DNA of 24,691 nt from Candidatus Zixiibacteriota bacterium (GTDB lineage Bacteria > Zixibacteria > MSB-5A5 > WJJR01): NCBI GenBank assembly GCA_036170655.1, contig JAVHPP010000182.1, forward strand, positions 1 to 24,691, written 5' to 3'. The translations under genes were made by a program, and so were the position numbers. Positions 16,941 through 24,594 of the stretch are shown here, piece after piece (the first letter of the stretch is position 1; each line of letters starts with the position of its first letter). Below the pieces are notes generated by a model. The model did not search any database. It had not been told where the DNA came from and saw nothing but the letters and a program-made list of their open reading frames with translations.

Positions 16941-18193
16941 CACTGTGCCTCGCCCGCGGAATTGGGGACCGGCATTCCCTGCACGTTCCAGGAGTCCGGG
17001 GACGCCACACCGTCAGTGGAGCTCGCCAAATCCGCGTTGCTTGCTTCTGTGGATTCTTCCGCCAGAGCTTCCGGTTCCGGTTCATAGTCCGGGTAGCCAG
17101 TCAGCAGAAGATCGCGTCCCAGCCAGCGGACATTGGCTCCGGTCAGCCGCACCGATTCGGCAATGCTGGCCGCCTTCCACTTGCCGAACGCATTGACGCC
17201 ATTGCCGAGAAAGCGCGACGCAATCAGCAGATGAACTTTGTCGGCCAGTTTCTCGCGCAGGAACGATCCAAAGACTTCGCCGCCGCCTTCGACCAGAATG
17301 CTGGTGATGTTGTTGCGTCCGGCCATCTCGAGCACTTCGTGAAGATTGATTTGGTGGCGGTCATCGGGGCTGACATACCAGTCGAAGCAATCCGGGTGCG
17401 GTGTAGTCTCCGGGCGGCGGCCGATCGACAGACCGATACGCACCGTCTTGCGATCGTCATTTTTCATGAAAACGCGCGCGGATATGGGGAGCTTGCCCCA
17501 GGAGTCGAGGATCAAACGGATCGGGTCGCGTCCCTTGGCGGCGCGCACGGTCAGCGACGGATCGTCATAGAGGATGGTGTTCCGGCCCACCAGAACGGCG
17601 TCGCTGCGGGCACGCAGTGCATGGACAAACTGACGCGCGTCCGCGCCGGTCAGCGGGACATTGCGCCCGCCAATCGGCGCGATCTTGCCGTCAAGTGTCT
17701 GCGCAATCTTGAGAGTAACCAGCGGCCGGCCGGTGACGATGAACTTCACATGGGCTTCGTTGAGACGCACGGCGGCATCCTGCATGACGCCGACACGGAC
17801 ACCAATGCCATTTTCGCGGAGGATGCGCACCCCACCGCCATTGACCTTGGGATTGGGGTCCGGCATGGCGCAGACAACAGTCGCAATGCCCGCAGCGATG
17901 ATGGCTTCAACACAGGGCGGCGTTTTGCCATAGTGAGTGCAGGGCTCGAGGTTGGTGTAGAGGGTGGCGCCTGCCGCCAGCGGCCCGGCCTGCTTGAGTG
18001 CCAGCGTCTCGGCGTGCGGACCACCGGCACGGTGGTGATACCCGCATCCGACAGCCTCCCCATTGCGAACGATGACGGCGCCGACCATGGGATTAGGACT
18101 GGTCGCGCCGACTCCTTTTTCTGCCAGCGCGAGCGCTTCGGCCATCCAACGGTGGTCGATTTCCTTGAGGTTGGCGGTCATAATATCGGACAT
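16940..18193 (-). CDS. ribD: Bifunctional diaminohydroxyphosphoribosylaminopyrimidine deaminase / 5-amino-6-(5-phosphoribosylamino)uracil reductase
   Basis: Deaminase motifs PNPMVGA, HAE and LEPCTHYGKTPPC; reductase motifs TLDGKIA, DDPSLTVR and ILVEGGG. Confidence 0.95.
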   Translation of the reverse strand: MSDIMTANLKEIDHRWMAEALALAEKGVGATSPNPMVGAVIVRNGEAVGCGYHHRAGGPHAETLALKQAGPLAAGATLYTNLEPCTHYGKTPPCVEAIIAAGIATVVCAMPDPNPKVNGGGVRILRENGIGVRVGVMQDAAVRLNEAHVKFIVTGRPLVTLKIAQTLDGKIAPIGGRNVPLTGADARQFVHALRARSDAVLVGRNTILYDDPSLTVRAAKGRDPIRLILDSWGKLPISARVFMKNDDRKTVRIGLSIGRRPETTPHPDCFDWYVSPDDRHQINLHEVLEMAGRNNITSILVEGGGEVFGSFLREKLADKVHLLIASRFLGNGVNAFGKWKAASIAESVRLTGANVRWLGRDLLLTGYPDYEPEPEALAEESTEASNADLASSTDGVASPDSWNVQGMPVPNSAGEAQ

Positions 18194-18205
18194 CGAATTG
18201 CCCCC

Positions 18206-18260
18206 AAAAAAGAATCCCCGACGCTTCGTCGCACCGCCTCCGGCGGATAAAGCGCGGGGT
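18206..18260 (-). terminator. Intrinsic terminator in the rib leader (riboswitch expression platform)
   Basis: Minus strand CCCCGCGCTTT..CCGCC-gga-GGCGG..GAAGCGTCGGGG followed by ATTCTTTTTT, between the FMN aptamer and the ribD start. Confidence 0.65.
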
Positions 18261-18338
18261 TAAGTGACAAGGCCTAACGTTATGACCTGTCAAGATATAC
18301 GTGGACACCCGTACATATTAACGAATGCACCACATCCG

Positions 18339-18467
18339 CGCCTTCTCCCATCCGGACTGTACCGTCGGCGCCGGAATTTCACCGGCTCAGCCATTCCGTC
18401 TTTTGTCGGCGGAACGGGTCGCGGGCTTTCACCGCCGGTCGAGGAATTGCGCCTCGCCCCGAAGGCC
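18339..18467 (-). ncRNA. FMN riboswitch (RFN element)
   Basis: Minus strand CCTTCGGGGCGAGGCGCAATTCCTCGACCGGCGGTGAAAGCCCGCGA...GAGCCGGTGAAATTCCGGCGCCGACGGTACAGTCCGGATGGGAGAAGG matches the RFN consensus and lies directly upstream of ribD. Confidence 0.97.
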
Positions 18468-18560
18468 CTATGCCACTGGTAACTACGTACCAAGCCGGGG
18501 GATGGTCAAGGTAATTTGGTGCGATGTTGACATTTTTGATTTGACGTGATTCCCGGAAAT

Positions 18561-18646
18561 GTAGGGGCGCGGCAAGCCGTCCCGCGTCCCCGCGTCCGGA
18601 TTCTTACCCCCCTGCGACAGGCGGGCACGGCAAGCCGTGCCCCTAC
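18561..18646. repeat. REP family A inverted pair
   Basis: GTAGGGGCGCGGCAAGCCGTCCC ... GGGCACGGCAAGCCGTGCCCCTAC. Confidence 0.8.
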
Positions 18647-18671
18647 GCGAATGTGTGATCTTGTCCCCGGG

Positions 18672-19697
18672 TCACTTCGTGGAGAATGACGGGAAGTAGT
18701 CGTTTCCGCCCGAAGTCAGCTTGGTCAGATTCTTGCCGTCCCTGTCAATCATGTAAACATATCCATCCGCCGAGGAAAATGCCAGCCACTTGGAATCGGG
18801 CGACCACGACACGGGCGCACGATGCGGCGTGACGGTGTCGGTCTTTGCGAAAATGCGCTTCCGCGTCTTCCCGTCAGGGGAAACCAGATAGATGCCGTTG
18901 TCGTCATCCTGGCTGTTCACATAGGAAATCCACTGGCCGTCGGGAGACCACTGGGGACCATAGGCATTGGAGATTCCCTTGGCGGCCTGCTCGAGTTCGG
19001 CTTCGGAACGCACGATGCCGGAGGCGGGTTCAATCACGATGCCCACGGGAGTCTTGTCTTTGAGATAGACGAACGCCACTCTTGACCGGTCGGGGGACCA
19101 GGTCGGCTGGATGCCCTGAGATTCGCGGGGTTTGGCGCTCTTGCGGGTGAGCGCGTGGATTTCTGTTCCGTCAAAGGTCCGGTATTCGATCTGGTAGTCC
19201 GGCAGTTCGGCATCCACCTGGTTGGCGTTCCGATCGTTCACATACAGGATGTACTTGCCATCATTGGACCACTCGGGCGCAGACGAACCGTGATTGTTGG
19301 TAACCCACCACCAGGCGTTGGCGCGCGTCGAATCGATATTGCTGGAGAAAATGTCATAGATTCGGTGCCGTCCTCCCCCGCCGTCGGGTAAAGTGTAGCT
19401 ATATTCGCCCATCCGGGCGTAGACGATGCGCTTGCCATCGGGATGCCAGCCGATCCGCCCCGCGATATTCTCCATGTGGACCCATTCTTTTTCGGGGGAG
19501 CCATCGGCGGGGAGGAGCCAGATGTTCTTGTCGCGGATGAAGGCGATCTTGGCCGGCAACTTCGCCAGAGTGTGAGTCTTCGACTTGGTTGGCTTCGAGT
19601 CAAACATCCCTTGGCCTGACGCGGGGATGGAGCAGAGCGCTCCCATGATGGTCAATATGATCAGTGATCTGGTCAGAATTCGTTGCATTGGTCTCAT
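18672..19697 (-). CDS. TolB-like beta-propeller (PD40/WD40-like repeat) periplasmic protein
   Basis: Signal peptide; repeats WHPDGKRI, PEWSNDGKYI, PTWSPDRSRV, PQWSPDGQWI and WSPDSKWL. Confidence 0.85.
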   Translation of the reverse strand: MRPMQRILTRSLIILTIMGALCSIPASGQGMFDSKPTKSKTHTLAKLPAKIAFIRDKNIWLLPADGSPEKEWVHMENIAGRIGWHPDGKRIVYARMGEYSYTLPDGGGGRHRIYDIFSSNIDSTRANAWWWVTNNHGSSAPEWSNDGKYILYVNDRNANQVDAELPDYQIEYRTFDGTEIHALTRKSAKPRESQGIQPTWSPDRSRVAFVYLKDKTPVGIVIEPASGIVRSEAELEQAAKGISNAYGPQWSPDGQWISYVNSQDDDNGIYLVSPDGKTRKRIFAKTDTVTPHRAPVSWSPDSKWLAFSSADGYVYMIDRDGKNLTKLTSGGNDYFPSFSTK

Positions 19698-19988
19698 CCC
19701 TTTCTCTTTGTCACATTGGCACTTCTACAACCGACCGGGGCGAATGATCCCATCGGGTCATAGATATTAACGAGATCGGCGGGCTGGGGCAAACCCTCAG
19801 TTGCAATCGCATGACGCGATCCGCGGATGGAAAATTGCCGGCGTGATGTCGTGAGAGGCTCGCCGGCGTTGCAAAGTGCCATAGCCGATGCAAAAAGGAC
19901 GGCTGGCGGCGTGGTGGAACAGTCTTGCGGAGGGGCGGCTGGATGTTATCGTGTTGCGGCAGAGGCGATTGGTGCACGCGCGTGGATT

Positions 19989-20003
19989 CGGCTTGGAATT
20001 TGC
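19989..20003 (+). promoter_or_regulatory. Putative sigma-54 (-24/-12) promoter of the first pilin
   Basis: CGGCTTG-GAAT-TTGC has the exact GG-N10-GC spacing, about 70 bp upstream of the ATG at 20075. Confidence 0.55.
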
Positions 20004-20074
20004 CTGACTCTAAATGGGCGGAAGGACGGAACGCGAACCGGAACGGTGTCGGGCAGTCTGAGGAGGTAAAGCGT

Positions 20075-20581
20075 ATGATCCGGATATGGCGCCAAGAGCA
20101 GTTCGCCGCAATCGCTCCACGGAGGCTGAGCCGCGAGTGGAAGAGACGAGTGGGTATCCGGAGAGCCGGGTTCACATTGATCGAGCTGATGATCGTGGTG
20201 GTGATCATCGGCATTCTCGCCGCGCTGGCGATTCCGCGCTTCATGGCCGCGGCGGTGCGAGCCAAACAGTCCGAGGCGAAGCAGATTCTCAAGCAGATCT
20301 ATGTCCAGGAACACGCCTACCGGCAGTACTATGATCGTTACTTCGTTCCCGCCGGGGTCGCTGACAAGAACAGTCCCACGACGTTCGCCGCGATCGTCGT
20401 CGAAATCATGTCAACCGCCCGCTACCAATACACGATCACAACAAGCGATGGCGGCGTGGCCACATTCACCGCGCAGGCCAACGTGGCCAATCCGGGGCTG
20501 GATGACGATCCCACGCCGGACACATGGACGATCGACGCGAACGGAAACCTGGTGGCTGTGTCCAATGATGTCACCAATTAA
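20075..20581 (+). CDS. Type IV pilin (paralog 1, 32-aa leader)
   Basis: SD GAGGAGG, then MIRIW...RRAG|FTLIELMIVVVIIGILAALAIPRF, a class III signal with Glu5 and Pro22. Confidence 0.9.
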   Translation: MIRIWRQEQFAAIAPRRLSREWKRRVGIRRAGFTLIELMIVVVIIGILAALAIPRFMAAAVRAKQSEAKQILKQIYVQEHAYRQYYDRYFVPAGVADKNSPTTFAAIVVEIMSTARYQYTITTSDGGVATFTAQANVANPGLDDDPTPDTWTIDANGNLVAVSNDVTN

Positions 20582-20582
20582 C

Positions 20583-20636
20583 GGATAGGACGAATGGGAC
20601 TGATAGGACGGATGGGACGGATGGGACGAATGGGAC
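20583..20636. repeat. Six 9-bp tandem repeats (consensus KRATRGGAC) directly after the first pilin stop
   Basis: GGATAGGAC GAATGGGAC TGATAGGAC GGATGGGAC GGATGGGAC GAATGGGAC. Confidence 0.85.
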
Positions 20637-20817
20637 AGAGGAACGACAGACCCGGTTGCAAAATGCGAGAGGCAAGGCAGAATCCCATGCCCTTGGGGCG
20701 ACAGATGATGCGAAACGGAAAACAGTTGGGCTCAGCCCACACCGGGATGCCGAGCCAACACGTCATGCGACACGGAATTACGAATGATTCACGGGCGACC
20801 GCGCGCTGGGCCGGTCA

Positions 20818-20832
20818 TGGCATGGCATTTGC
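20818..20832 (+). promoter_or_regulatory. Sigma-54 (-24/-12) promoter of the second pilin
   Basis: TGGCATG-GCAT-TTGC, close to the consensus TGGCACG-N4-TTGC, about 90 bp upstream of the ATG at 20921. Confidence 0.75.
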
Positions 20833-20920
20833 CAATACTGGAAGCGACACGTCAGGGGGACGTGACACGACAATGAACGAGATAACGCAGCATAAACCAA
20901 ACCCCAAGAAGGAGGCAGAC

Positions 20921-21355
20921 ATGCTGTCCAATCTTCACCGCACCAGAAAAGGCTTCACCCTCATCGAATTGATGATCGTGGTGGTCATCATCGGCATCTT
21001 GGCCGCGTTGGCGATCCCGCGTTTCATGGCCGCGACGACCAAGTCGAAGCAGAGCGAAGCCAAGCAGATCCTCAAGCAGATTTACGTGATGGAGCGCGCC
21101 TACCGGCAGGAGTATGACACCTACTGGGGCAACGGCGTCTCGGCCGACAAGGCCAACCCGGACAATATGGCCCGTATCGGCGTGCAGATCATGGCCAGTG
21201 CACGTTACACCTACTCTCTGGTAGCGGCCGCTGCCACTTTCACGGCCACTGCCAATGTCGCCAACCCCGGCCTGGATGATGACGCAGCACCCGACACCTG
21301 GACAATCGATGACGCAGGCACACTTGTTTGCACATCGGATGACGCGACCATATAG
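20921..21355 (+). CDS. pilA: Type IV major pilin
   Basis: SD AAGGAGG; MLSNLHRTRKG|FTLIELMIVVVIIGILAALAIPRF; has its own sigma-54 promoter and terminator. Confidence 0.9.
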   Translation: MLSNLHRTRKGFTLIELMIVVVIIGILAALAIPRFMAATTKSKQSEAKQILKQIYVMERAYRQEYDTYWGNGVSADKANPDNMARIGVQIMASARYTYSLVAAAATFTATANVANPGLDDDAAPDTWTIDDAGTLVCTSDDATI

Positions 21356-21376
21356 CGAGTCCACTTGAATACAACA

Positions 21377-21421
21377 GTGACGACGGCGTCCCGTTCTCTG
21401 AGCGGGGCGCCGTTTCGCTTT
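21377..21421 (+). terminator. Intrinsic terminator after the second pilin
   Basis: GACGGCGTCCCGTTC-tct-GAGCGGGGCGCCGTT followed by TCGCTTT. Confidence 0.7.
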
Positions 21422-21430
21422 GGGGGCCGC

Positions 21431-21520
21431 GTCGGGGCACGGCTTGCCGTGCCCGCGTGACGACGCCGCGAGAAAACCGTGTGCCGAACCGGGTTCGGGC
21501 ACGGCAAGCCGTGCCCCTAC
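21431..21520. repeat. REP family A inverted pair; the right copy supplies the DUF6504-like stop codon
   Basis: GTCGGGGCACGGCTTGCCGTGCCC (21431-21454) and GGGCACGGCAAGCCGTGCCCCTAC (21497-21520). Confidence 0.85.
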
Positions 21521-21819
21521 GCGCGCTTGCTGGGATCGAGCCGTTGGAATAAGTACCACTCGCCCTGCCCGGACGGTGTCGCGCGATCCAGATAGATTTC
21601 GAAGATCTCGGCGGAATCGGTGCGTACGCGAAAATAGTTGCGATGGCGGCGTGTGCGCCAATCGCGCTGTGTGGCGCCCGGAGGGAATCCCCAGTCGAAC
21701 CAGGAGAGGATGATCTCCGCCACGCGGTATTCCTTCCCCTTCCAGAAGAAAGCCACCGGCTGCTTGATCTCACCGACGGTCGTGACTCGGATCGGCTCGC
21801 TGATAAAGTGGGAGGGCAT
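21517..21819 (-). CDS. DUF6504-like small beta-rich protein
   Basis: MPSHFISEPIRV...PVAFFWKGKEYRVAEII-SW-DW...RNYFRVRTDS--IFEIYLDR...WYL, a pattern I recognise as DUF6504. The longer ORF-track version runs through repeat DNA. Confidence 0.75.
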   Translation of the reverse strand: MPSHFISEPIRVTTVGEIKQPVAFFWKGKEYRVAEIILSWFDWGFPPGATQRDWRTRRHRNYFRVRTDSAEIFEIYLDRATPSGQGEWYLFQRLDPSKRA

Positions 21820-21924
21820 GCTGGCAATATAGGCACGGGAACGCCACGTACAAATGCCGGCCCTGGCGCACGTGCAGCACACACGGTGGTCAACCCGCGT
21901 AATTAAGTGGAGCGCCAATGGTTC

Positions 21925-21997
21925 GGGAGGGCAGGGCTCCTGCCGAGCCTCTTCGGCGGAAGGCAAAAAAGAGGCTCGGCGGGAGCCTCGCCCTCCC
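21925..21997. repeat. REP family B inverted pair downstream of der (possible terminator or stabiliser)
   Basis: GGGAGGGCAGGGCTCCTGCCGAGCC (21925-21949) and GGCTCGGCGGGAGCCTCGCCCTCCC (21973-21997). Confidence 0.85.
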
Positions 21998-22009
21998 GTC
22001 ACCGGGCGG

Positions 22010-23317
22010 TCATTCCTTCTGGCGGAGATGAATTCGGATCGGGACACCTTCGAAGCCAAAATGGTCGCGCAGGCGGTTGATGATGAAACGCTGATAGGTC
22101 TCGCCGACCAGCTTGGGGTAATTGCTGAAAAAGATGAAGGTCGGCGGAATGCCCTCGGCCTGCGTGACGAAATTGATGTTGACGAACTTTCCCTTCGCGG
22201 CCGGGGGCGGCTTTCGCTTGATGTCCTCGAGGACTGTCTGGATCAGTTTCGCGGTCGGGATGCGTTTGGCGCGTGCGTCATAGATGTCCGCCGCCATGCC
22301 GAGGATCTTCGAAGCGCGCTGACCGGTCAAGGCCGAGATGAAGGCAGCCGGCGCCCAGGAGAATGACCGGGCGCTTTCGTGCAGGTCCTTCACATAGGCG
22401 CCCGATGTGCCGGTATCCTTCTCGATCAAGTCCCACTTGTTGACCGCGAACATCAGCCCCTTCCCCGACTCGGCGGCTGTCTCGGCGATCTTGAAGTCCT
22501 GGACCGAGAGATCCTGTGATGCGTCGAGGAGAACACAGACAATGTCGGCGCGGTTGATCGCTCCCACCGTGCGCAGGGCGGTGTAGAACTCGATCTGGTC
22601 TTTGACACGGGCCGCTTTGCGCAGGCCCGCGGTGTCGATCAACGTATAGTCGCGCCCTTCGAATTTGAGAGATGTGTCAATGGCATCGCGTGTGGTTCCG
22701 GGCACGCTGGAGACGATCATGCGCGGTTCGCCCAACAGGGTGTTGACCAGCGACGACTTGCCGACATTGGGACGGCCGACGATAGCCAGTTGCAGCGACG
22801 CTGAAGTCACGCTTGCCGCGGGCGGAATCCTGGCAACGACACGATCGAGCAGATCACCGATCATGCGCCCGCCGAGCGCGGCGACTCCGACCGGGTCGGG
22901 AATGCCGAGCCGCGTGAACTCGTAAAGATTGAGTTCGTCACCGTGCTCATCGATCTTGTTCACCGCGAGCACAACCGGCTTCTGCCGTTTGCGGATGATC
23001 GTGGCGATGGTGGCATCCTCGGGATGCACGCCCGTCTGACCGTCCACCAGAAACAGCACAAGATCGGATTGTTCAATCGCCAACCGCGACTGGGCGGTCA
23101 CATGACGCTGCATCTCTTCTTCGGATTGCAGGACCAAGCCGCCTGTATCGATCAGGATGAAGGATTGTCCGGCCCAGTTGGCGACGGCATCATGGCGGTC
23201 ACGTGTGACGCCGGATGTCGGACTGACGACCGCCTGCCGCCGCTTGAGAATGCGGTTGAAGAGCGTCGACTTGCCGACGTTGGGACGACCGATGATGGAG
23301 ACGATGGGGAGTGTCAT
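22010..23317 (-). CDS. der: Ribosome biogenesis GTPase Der (EngA)
   Basis: Two tandem G domains (GRPNVGKS twice, GVTRD/GTTRD, DTGG/DTAG, NKID/NKWD) plus a KH-like C-terminus ending FGFEGVPI. Confidence 0.97.
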   Translation of the reverse strand: MTLPIVSIIGRPNVGKSTLFNRILKRRQAVVSPTSGVTRDRHDAVANWAGQSFILIDTGGLVLQSEEEMQRHVTAQSRLAIEQSDLVLFLVDGQTGVHPEDATIATIIRKRQKPVVLAVNKIDEHGDELNLYEFTRLGIPDPVGVAALGGRMIGDLLDRVVARIPPAASVTSASLQLAIVGRPNVGKSSLVNTLLGEPRMIVSSVPGTTRDAIDTSLKFEGRDYTLIDTAGLRKAARVKDQIEFYTALRTVGAINRADIVCVLLDASQDLSVQDFKIAETAAESGKGLMFAVNKWDLIEKDTGTSGAYVKDLHESARSFSWAPAAFISALTGQRASKILGMAADIYDARAKRIPTAKLIQTVLEDIKRKPPPAAKGKFVNINFVTQAEGIPPTFIFFSNYPKLVGETYQRFIINRLRDHFGFEGVPIRIHLRQKE

Positions 23318-23356
23318 GGCAGCGGCCGCCGCGATGTGCTCAGGCGGCGCGGGGGA

Positions 23357-23385
23357 ATGATACGCGATGCGGGGAGCAGAGTCAC
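23357..23385 (-). promoter_or_regulatory. Putative sigma-70 promoter of der
   Basis: Minus strand GTGACT-N17-TATCAT about 40 bp upstream of the der ATG. Confidence 0.45.
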
Positions 23386-23406
23386 GCGGGAACTGGAGGT
23401 GGACGT

Positions 23407-23427
23407 CAAGGGGCTGAAAGCCCCTTG
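23407..23427. repeat. Perfect 9-bp hairpin (GGGCTGAAAGCCC-type palindrome)
   Basis: CAAGGGGCT-GAA-AGCCCCTTG, about 40 nt downstream of the 23468 stop; no U tract. Confidence 0.5.
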
Positions 23428-23467
23428 CCCGGCAGTGACACGGGCGGGCCGCCCGTGGTACGCTTCA

Positions 23468-24562
23468 TCACCAGGTGAGCAGCCACTGAGTGGAATCGGG
23501 CACGGCCAATTTGCGGCGAAGGATGGCGCCAGAGGAGAAACGGATGGTGAATTCGTAGCGGGTGTCGTCGGGGGTGAGAACGGAAGACGGGAAGAGATCG
23601 AGATACCAGTACCCGGTGGAGTCGGTGACGGCGGTCATTTCGTAGGGCGAGATTACGAGGTTGCCATAGCGCAGCGGCGACTGGCTGACACGGGCCTGGA
23701 TGGTTGCTCGGGACAAGGTGTCGCCAGCGAGATTCTTCACCCAGCCATAAACACGGCAGAGACTGACGGTCGCGGGCTGTCCGGGATCGAAGGATGTCGC
23801 CCAGACTGTGTGCGAAAGACCCCCAATACCAATGGTGATTGTGTCGGGTTGCGGCGAGAAACGATAGCCGCCCTGATACGCATAGACATGGAACGTCGCC
23901 GCTTCGAGAGCGAAGATCACGCGGCCATCAGGATTGGTTGTTCCCGCGGCGGCGGTCGCTGTTTCGGCGGCGTTGTACACGCGCACGAAAACGCCCTGCA
24001 ATGAAGTGGTATCGCCGGCGGCGGTCTTCATAACAAACAGCGTGCAGGGGACCGCGCCATTGCCGGCGCCACAGGCGGAGAGATCGGCTTTGTACGAATC
24101 GGCGGTGACGACACGCGCCAGATTGGAATCGGTGATCGCCGACAACGGAATCAGCCCGCCCTTGATCACCTGGTACGCAAAGTTGGCGACCGGTGTCCGG
24201 CCGCTGACACACGCCCGTACAAGCACCTGATAGTCCCCCGACGATCCGGCATTCGACGCCTTGTGCACGAACACATACTGGCCAGTGCGGTACCCGGCAG
24301 TGGTCGTCAACATGGAATCGAACTTGACGCCCTTGTGTGTCCAGAGCAGCACGACCGTGTCGGCATTGGCGGCATTGCCGAGCGTGTCGTTGACCGAGAT
24401 CGTGACACGCACAGAATCGGCAGGGCCATCCCCGGCGACGAGCGGAGTGACGGCGGCGATGGACCGATGGGGCGAAACCGCCAGAACAACGGCCGCCAGC
24501 CACGCAGCGAGGGTCTTCGACGAACAGGCGGCGGATCGGGCCGGGCATGTGAATGGCTTCAT
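23468..24562 (-). CDS. Hypothetical secreted protein with tandem beta-sandwich (transthyretin/carboxypeptidase-regulatory-like) domains
   Basis: SD GAAGGA and signal-like KTLAAWLAAVVLAVSPHRSIA. Segments GVFVRVYN...GTTNPDGRV and GWVKNLAG...ATIQA...TDSTGYW resemble such domains. Confidence 0.7.
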   Translation of the reverse strand: MKPFTCPARSAACSSKTLAAWLAAVVLAVSPHRSIAAVTPLVAGDGPADSVRVTISVNDTLGNAANADTVVLLWTHKGVKFDSMLTTTAGYRTGQYVFVHKASNAGSSGDYQVLVRACVSGRTPVANFAYQVIKGGLIPLSAITDSNLARVVTADSYKADLSACGAGNGAVPCTLFVMKTAAGDTTSLQGVFVRVYNAAETATAAAGTTNPDGRVIFALEAATFHVYAYQGGYRFSPQPDTITIGIGGLSHTVWATSFDPGQPATVSLCRVYGWVKNLAGDTLSRATIQARVSQSPLRYGNLVISPYEMTAVTDSTGYWYLDLFPSSVLTPDDTRYEFTIRFSSGAILRRKLAVPDSTQWLLTW

Positions 24563-24594
24563 TCAGCGATCCTTCTGATGTGTGATTTCTCTTC

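Noticed and set aside
18672..19697. Calling this gene tolB
   Set aside because: Only the beta-propeller is present; there is no TolB N-terminal domain and no tolQRA/pal neighbours.
19786..19825. c-di-GMP-I (GEMM) riboswitch upstream of the pilins (GGGGCAAACC)
   Set aside because: The following GNRA-capped stem and GACGCAAAGC segment are absent.
19925..20074. Longer start for pilin 1
   Set aside because: It overlaps the sigma-54 promoter; the strong SD GAGGAGG points to the ATG at 20075.
20594..20920. 109-aa N-terminal extension of pilin 2 (MGLIGRMGRMGRM...)
   Set aside because: It translates the 9-bp repeats and promoter region; the real start is 20921 after AAGGAGG.
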